From NCBI GenBank assembly GCA_964592365.1, contig CAZQDL010000003.1, forward strand, positions 2,186-66,185: a stretch of DNA of 64,000 bases. The letters are read 5' to 3'. Under the pieces are notes generated by a model that was given only the letters and a program-made list of their open reading frames with translations, had not been told where the DNA came from and made no database searches. The DNA comes from an uncultured Candidatus Saccharibacteria bacterium. Its GTDB lineage: Bacteria; Patescibacteriota; Minisyncoccia; Phycocordibacterales; UBA1006. A program made the position numbers and the translations under genes. Positions 58,783-64,000 of the stretch are shown here, one piece after another; position 1 is the stretch's first letter, and each line of letters opens with the position of its first letter.

Positions 58783-59916
58783 ATGAAAGTTGTATTTACT
58801 GGAGGAGGAACTGGAGGTCATTTCTATCCTATTATCGCAGTTGCTGAACAATTAAACGACATAATTGATAAGGAAAACATTGCTGATGTTGAGCTTTATT
58901 ATTTTGCCGACAAACCTTTTGACCCTGAACTTTTGAAAGAAAATAGTTTGAAGTTCGTGAAAATACGAGCAGGGAAGTTACGCACATATTTTTCAATGGA
59001 AAATATTGCCGATGCAATATCAACAGGTATTGGAATTATTGAAGCATTCTTTGCCTTATTCTCAATCTTTCCTGATGTTATCTTTTCAAAAGGTGGCTAT
59101 GTTGCTTTTCCAACGATGGTTGCAGCAAAGATATTAAAAATTCCTGTAATTATTCATGAATCTGATTCAGTGCCAGGAAGAGTTAATATTTGGTCGTCCA
59201 AGTTTGCAAAAAGAATTGCTATCTCATACAAGCAAGATGTTGATTATTTTGATGCAAAGAAGGTAGTGCATACAGGGCAACCTATTCGAGCTGATTTTGA
59301 GAGCAAAATTACTGAAGGAGCTCATTCTTTTCTTGAGCTGTCTCCTGATATTCCAACCATTTGGATTCTAGGAGGTTCACAAGGTTCACAAACGATTAAC
59401 AGTGTTGTAAGTAGCACCTTAAAACAGCTACTACCTAAGTATCAAATCATTCATCAAACGGGTGAAAATAATTACGATACTATCAAACTGTTAACTGAAG
59501 CTACTTTAGAGGATGAATTGTACAAGAATAGGTATAAGATATATCCTCACTTAAATTATCTTTCAATGAAAATGGCCGCTGGAGTTTCTGATATTGTTAT
59601 CTCACGAGCAGGATCAACTATCTTTGAAATTGCCAACTGGAGAATCCCTTCGATTATCATTCCATTAGGTTCAGCACATAAAAATCATCAGTTGAAAAAT
59701 GCATACAATTACTCAAGAGAGGGTGCTTGTACGGTTATCGAAGAAAATAATCTTTCTGATGATCAATTGATATTCGAAATTAATAGAATATATGACAATC
59801 AAGAGGTAAAGGAAAAAATGATTGCTGGAGCTATTGCTTTTGATATCCCTGATGCTGCAAAAAAAATTGCAGAAGAGATTGCGAGCATTGGACTTACCCA
59901 CGAAGAAGAGTACTAA
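58783..59916 (+). CDS. murG: UDP-GlcNAc--undecaprenyl-PP-MurNAc-pentapeptide GlcNAc transferase
   Basis: N-terminal GGGTGGHFYP motif; GT28 two-domain layout. Confidence 0.9.
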   Translation: MKVVFTGGGTGGHFYPIIAVAEQLNDIIDKENIADVELYYFADKPFDPELLKENSLKFVKIRAGKLRTYFSMENIADAISTGIGIIEAFFALFSIFPDVIFSKGGYVAFPTMVAAKILKIPVIIHESDSVPGRVNIWSSKFAKRIAISYKQDVDYFDAKKVVHTGQPIRADFESKITEGAHSFLELSPDIPTIWILGGSQGSQTINSVVSSTLKQLLPKYQIIHQTGENNYDTIKLLTEATLEDELYKNRYKIYPHLNYLSMKMAAGVSDIVISRAGSTIFEIANWRIPSIIIPLGSAHKNHQLKNAYNYSREGACTVIEENNLSDDQLIFEINRIYDNQEVKEKMIAGAIAFDIPDAAKKIAEEIASIGLTHEEEY

Positions 59917-59961
59917 AAGATTGCTATGGTATGCAGTCTTTTTTTTTGCTACACTTTTCGC

Positions 59962-61290
59962 ATGAATAACTCAATGATAACAACAAGGATGGCTCCTTCA
60001 CCAACAGGTAATTTTCACATTGGTGGAGTAAGAACAGCTCTCTTCAATTACTTTTATGCAAAACAGCATGGAGGTACTTTTATTATTAGAAGTGAAGACA
60101 CTGACAAGGAGCGTTCTAAACCAGAATATGAGCAAAATATGCTTGATGTTCTTAAGTGGTTAGAGATTGATTTTGATGCCTTCTATCGCCAATCTGAACG
60201 TACCGAAATATATCAAGATCACATTAAAATACTTATTGATTCTGGAAATGCATATGAAGCGGAAGAATCTAATGAAAATCCTGAATTAAAGGTGATTAGA
60301 TTTAAAAACCCAAATACCATCATCACCTTCAACGATATAATTTTAGGAGATATTAGTTTTGATACTACTGAACTTGGTGATTTTGTTATTGCACGAAATA
60401 TCACTACTCCTATTTATCACCTAACTGTTGTTGTTGATGATGCTTTGATGAACGTAAGTCATGTTATTAGAGGTCAGGAACATATTAACAACACAGCTAG
60501 ACAGATATTGATTCTTGAGGCTATGGGATTCACAAGACCAAACTATGCACATATTCCACTTATCATGTCACCTCGTGGAGGAAAACTATCTAAACGTGAT
60601 CCTGAAGTTATTCCTACCTTAGAGTACAAGGATCAAGGAATTCTGAAAGATGCATTCATTAATTTTCTTTCATATATCGGATGGAATCCAGGTGATGATG
60701 TAGAAATTATGAAACCAGAAGAAATCCTCAAAGCATTTAGTTTGGATAAGGTACAAAAAAGTGGAGGGGTATTCAATATTGAAAAACTATATTGGATGAA
60801 CAAACAATACTTGAATATGCTTTCTGATGAAGAGTTTGTTAACTATCTTGAACCGGTTAAGGAAGATATAGAACAACTTAAGGGATATAATACAGAAATA
60901 TTTTCAAGAGTTACCCCTGTGATAAGAGAGCGTATTGAAGCATATAAAGATATTCACGAAATGATTAAACAAGGTGACCTTGAATACTATTTCAATACTC
61001 CACTCATTCAAAATGAATCGCTCGTATGGAAACAAGAGAGTCTTGAAGATGCAATGAGACATCTCAAAAAGGTTCACCATGATTTAGATTCTTTTGAGGG
61101 TACCTGGGACAAAGAAACACTCAAAGAGCTATTGTTCCCATATGCTGAAGAACAGGGAAAGGGGAGCGTTTTATGGCCTCTGAGATACACACTGTGTGGG
61201 AAAGAGAAGTCACCTGATCCATTTACTCTTCTTGAAATACTAGGAAAGGAAGAATCATTGCAAAGAATACTTAAGGTAATACAGAAGTAG
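59962..61290 (+). CDS. gltX: glutamyl-tRNA synthetase
   Basis: RMAPSPTGNFHIGG (HIGH) and KLSKR (KMSKS); start chosen at MNNSMITTR. Confidence 0.9.
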   Translation: MNNSMITTRMAPSPTGNFHIGGVRTALFNYFYAKQHGGTFIIRSEDTDKERSKPEYEQNMLDVLKWLEIDFDAFYRQSERTEIYQDHIKILIDSGNAYEAEESNENPELKVIRFKNPNTIITFNDIILGDISFDTTELGDFVIARNITTPIYHLTVVVDDALMNVSHVIRGQEHINNTARQILILEAMGFTRPNYAHIPLIMSPRGGKLSKRDPEVIPTLEYKDQGILKDAFINFLSYIGWNPGDDVEIMKPEEILKAFSLDKVQKSGGVFNIEKLYWMNKQYLNMLSDEEFVNYLEPVKEDIEQLKGYNTEIFSRVTPVIRERIEAYKDIHEMIKQGDLEYYFNTPLIQNESLVWKQESLEDAMRHLKKVHHDLDSFEGTWDKETLKELLFPYAEEQGKGSVLWPLRYTLCGKEKSPDPFTLLEILGKEESLQRILKVIQK

Positions 61291-61335
61291 TAGTCAATTT
61301 GATATAACAGTACACACAGTGATACAATAGCGAAG

Positions 61336-62661
61336 ATGAAACATCTTCGCTATTTTGTAATATTATCTTTCCTTTTGGTAACCCCAGTATTTGCTCAGCA
61401 AACTGAAATTTCTCAAATCGAACAACGAATTGAAGAACGAAATCAAGAAAAAAAGAAACTTGAGGCGCAGGCACTTGAACTCAGAAGACAGCTTGAAAAT
61501 GTTGGAAATGAAAAAAGTTTAGTATCCAAGGAACTTTCTCAAATTGCAGCAGAAAGAAAATCACTTGAAAATGAAATAGCTCAGACACAGAATGAGATTG
61601 AAAAGATAAAGCTTGAAGCAAAGAGATCTGAATCATTGATTCGTACTTACTCACAAAAAATTAGTAATAATACGTCAACATTAGGAGCATTGATTCGTTC
61701 TTTTGCATCTTCTAATTTGCAATCAGATTTTGAACTTTTTCTTTCATCACAAAAGCTGTCTGACATCCTAATGAAAAGAGATGCATATATTCGTCTACAA
61801 CGACCAATCATTGAGACAACATCTGAACTTGAGTTCAATAGAGTTCTTGCATATGAGTCAACACAGCAACTACGTTCACAAGAGGAAAATTTAGCAGTTG
61901 AGCAGAATATTTTAGGTGATCAAAAAGAGATTGTTGTGGTAAAGGAAATAGAGAAAGATCAAATACTTAATCAGGTTAAAAACAAAGAACAGGGAGTTCA
62001 AACAACACTACAAAAGACACTTCAAATGATCAGTCAACTTGATCAAGAAGTTAGAAATTTTGAATCAACTATTTCTTTTTTACTTGATTCATCAAAACTT
62101 CCAAAGAAAGGTTCTTCTGTTCTACGATGGCCTCTTGATTATGTACTCATCACTCAGCGTTTTGGAAAAACAGTTTCTTCAGAACGTTTGTATGTTTCAG
62201 GATCACACAGCGGTATGGACTTCAGAGCATCTGTTGGTACTCCTGTGTATGCAACTGCAGCTGGAATAGTACGAGGAGTTGGAGACACTGATCTTACTTG
62301 TCCTAAGGCATCTTTTGGAAAATGGGTATTCATCGAACACAAAGGTATTGGACTTTCAAGTACGTCAGGCCATCTTTCGAAGATTGTAGCGGTTGAAGGT
62401 CAAAAGGTTAAAGCTGGTGATGTTATCGGATACACTGGAAATACTGGTCGAAGTACAGCACCACATCTTCACCTAACAATTTATGCAACATCAGGTGTTA
62501 ACGGGGAAGAAGGGGTTCGTATTACAGACAGACCAAGTGCTGCTTGTTCTGGTAAAAGTTACCGTATGCCACTTGCACCTACCGCAGCATACCTTGATCC
62601 AATTGACTACCTACCACCTGCAACAGCATCAATGTTCAAACATCCATCACTTGCAAGCTAG
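61336..62661 (+). CDS. secreted coiled-coil M23 metallopeptidase (EnvC/LytM-like)
   Basis: signal peptide; about 250-aa coiled coil; C-terminal M23 motifs HSGMD...HLHL. Confidence 0.8.
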   Translation: MKHLRYFVILSFLLVTPVFAQQTEISQIEQRIEERNQEKKKLEAQALELRRQLENVGNEKSLVSKELSQIAAERKSLENEIAQTQNEIEKIKLEAKRSESLIRTYSQKISNNTSTLGALIRSFASSNLQSDFELFLSSQKLSDILMKRDAYIRLQRPIIETTSELEFNRVLAYESTQQLRSQEENLAVEQNILGDQKEIVVVKEIEKDQILNQVKNKEQGVQTTLQKTLQMISQLDQEVRNFESTISFLLDSSKLPKKGSSVLRWPLDYVLITQRFGKTVSSERLYVSGSHSGMDFRASVGTPVYATAAGIVRGVGDTDLTCPKASFGKWVFIEHKGIGLSSTSGHLSKIVAVEGQKVKAGDVIGYTGNTGRSTAPHLHLTIYATSGVNGEEGVRITDRPSAACSGKSYRMPLAPTAAYLDPIDYLPPATASMFKHPSLAS

Positions 62662-62685
62662 TGTATTTCAAGTGATACTATACAT

Positions 62686-63042
62686 ATGAAATATATCCGA
62701 AAACAAGCTGGATTTATCAAGTGGATTATTATTGGTTTTGTTGTTTTAGTACTCGTGTCATATTTTTACGATTTTAGTGTGAAAGAGGCAGTTGAAGACG
62801 AAACAACACAGGAAAACATTGAATACATCACATCAAACGCAGAAAGTTTTTGGGATAAAAATCTTAATGATGCAGCCATCTATCTTTGGAATGATGTATT
62901 TGTTGATCTTATCTGGGGAAGTTTCATTGCAAATATGGAACGAATCAAAGATGGACAACCTACTGACTTTGAAAACAATGCTCCAGGTGTTTCATCAACA
63001 GGGAACATAACAAACCCACCTATTGGAAAAACAGAAGTATAA
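62686..63042 (+). CDS. hypothetical membrane-anchored protein
   Basis: one N-terminal TM helix; acidic domain. Confidence 0.35.
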   Translation: MKYIRKQAGFIKWIIIGFVVLVLVSYFYDFSVKEAVEDETTQENIEYITSNAESFWDKNLNDAAIYLWNDVFVDLIWGSFIANMERIKDGQPTDFENNAPGVSSTGNITNPPIGKTEV

Positions 63043-63056
63043 CTTCTGTTTTTTCT
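63026..63056 (+). terminator. rho-independent terminator
   Basis: ACAGAAGT-ATAA-CTTCTGT followed by T6. Confidence 0.7.
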
Positions 63057-63119
63057 TTTCAGGTTGATAAAAAGAAAGTAGTATAGGTAAAAACAATAAT
63101 CTTTTTAAAACTACATAAT

Positions 63120-64000
63120 ATGATACAAAAACCTAAGTTTCAAAGAAGAAACATGAAAGAAAAGGTTTTTTGGGAATCTATAGACATGATTGTTAATAGG
63201 TATTTCAAAAAACGAAAGAAAGTAGGAGGCGTATGGATTAAAATCAAAGCCTTCATTTTATTATTATTTATATCAACTCTTTATTTATCAATTGTCAATT
63301 ACGGAGAGGCAATGGGATTCAGTGTTATTTTCCTTTATTTTTTTCTTGGAATATTTCTTACTTCCTACAGCATGAACGTTATGCACGAGGGAAGTCATAG
63401 AACCTTTTCAAGTAACAAGTGGTTGAATAAACTAGCTGCTTCATCAAATATATTTATCGTAGGAGGTAATCCAAAAAATTGGGATGTTGAACATAACATG
63501 TTACATCACCCCTTCACCAATATTGTTGGTGTAGACGATGATATATCGTCTGGAAATGCGGTACTTAGATTCACTAAGTACATTGAGATGAAGTTTTTGC
63601 ATCGATTCCAAAAGTATCCGGTATATATTTTTATGATATATAGTTTGCTTACACTAAATTGGTTTTTCGCAACTGATATTGTGCAAACAAAAAGATATCT
63701 GGCGTATCAGAAAACTGGTTTAATTAGAGGATATTATACAAATAAATATACAGCGGGGAGCTTAGTTATTTTGTATAAATTAATAGCACTTACAATTTGG
63801 ATTGCTATTCCTATTTTGGTTGGTATACCAGTTAAGATAACAATTGTTTCTTTCTTTTTTATGCATTTAGTTATGGGAACTATTTTGGCCCATATATTTC
63901 AACCAGCTCATATTAATGAGTATGCGTTGGAATTTAAAAATAGTTCTGATTTAAGTACTAAAATGCATCAACTAAGAACAAGCATCGATTATGGTATAAA
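63120..64000 (+). CDS. membrane fatty-acid desaturase family protein (partial, continues past the window end)
   Basis: open frame from ATG 63120 to the window edge; histidine boxes HEGSH and HNMLHH with hydrophobic helices. Confidence 0.6.
   Translation, partial: MIQKPKFQRRNMKEKVFWESIDMIVNRYFKKRKKVGGVWIKIKAFILLLFISTLYLSIVNYGEAMGFSVIFLYFFLGIFLTSYSMNVMHEGSHRTFSSNKWLNKLAASSNIFIVGGNPKNWDVEHNMLHHPFTNIVGVDDDISSGNAVLRFTKYIEMKFLHRFQKYPVYIFMIYSLLTLNWFFATDIVQTKRYLAYQKTGLIRGYYTNKYTAGSLVILYKLIALTIWIAIPILVGIPVKITIVSFFFMHLVMGTILAHIFQPAHINEYALEFKNSSDLSTKMHQLRTSIDYGI

Noticed and set aside
1-64000. CRISPR arrays, IS elements/transposases, integrases, rRNA genes, alternative genetic code (UGA=Gly)
   Set aside because: No spaced direct repeats, terminal inverted repeats, DDE/tyrosine-recombinase motifs or rRNA-like sequence were seen. 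ORFs are long and contiguous with TGA as stop, and prfB is present.

Overview
This is a low-GC (about 35% by eye), densely packed bacterial chromosomal segment with short intergenic spacers. Nearly every gene is followed by a hairpin plus T-run terminator. Gene content is mostly core housekeeping, and these proteins all use minimal domain architectures, consistent with a reduced-genome (CPR/Patescibacteria-like) bacterium. TGA works as a stop codon throughout and a release factor 2 gene with the SPF motif is present, so translation table 11 fits.

Housekeeping content:
- Translation: leuS, valS, trpS, aspS, gltX, lepA, frr, prfB, rpsU, tsaD, ybeY, rlmB and an m5U RNA methyltransferase.
- Cell envelope: murA, murC, murD, murE, murF, murG, murI, mraY, ftsW and murJ.
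- Division and shape: ftsZ, ftsA, ftsB-like, ftsEX, mreB and an EnvC-like M23 peptidase.
- DNA: a priA-like gene, a holB-like gene, a compact uvrC and scpAB.
- Four tRNAs: Arg-CCT and Phe-GAA on the + strand, Glu-TTC and Ala-TGC on the - strand.

Non-core or unusual items:
- 20216-22263: a perfect TTGACA-17-TATAAT promoter drives two family-less proteins between trxB and ftsZ.
- 43211-44373: a slightly GC-elevated patch holds a tandem triple zinc-ribbon protein and what appears to be a circularly permuted membrane-anchored DsbA/BdbD.
- An XRE-type HTH domain is fused to MurA.
- A PriA homologue has lost its Walker A and DEEH motifs.
- A compact T-box leader with a GAC (Asp) specifier candidate precedes a GAD-less aspS.
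- A tRNA-Arg is followed by about 780 bp of AT-rich non-coding DNA carrying an orphan terminator.
- Two small genes are missed by the ORF track.
- A bacterial GH3-family adenylating enzyme is present.
- A membrane fatty-acid desaturase runs off the window end.

No CRISPR array, IS element, integrase or rRNA was seen.
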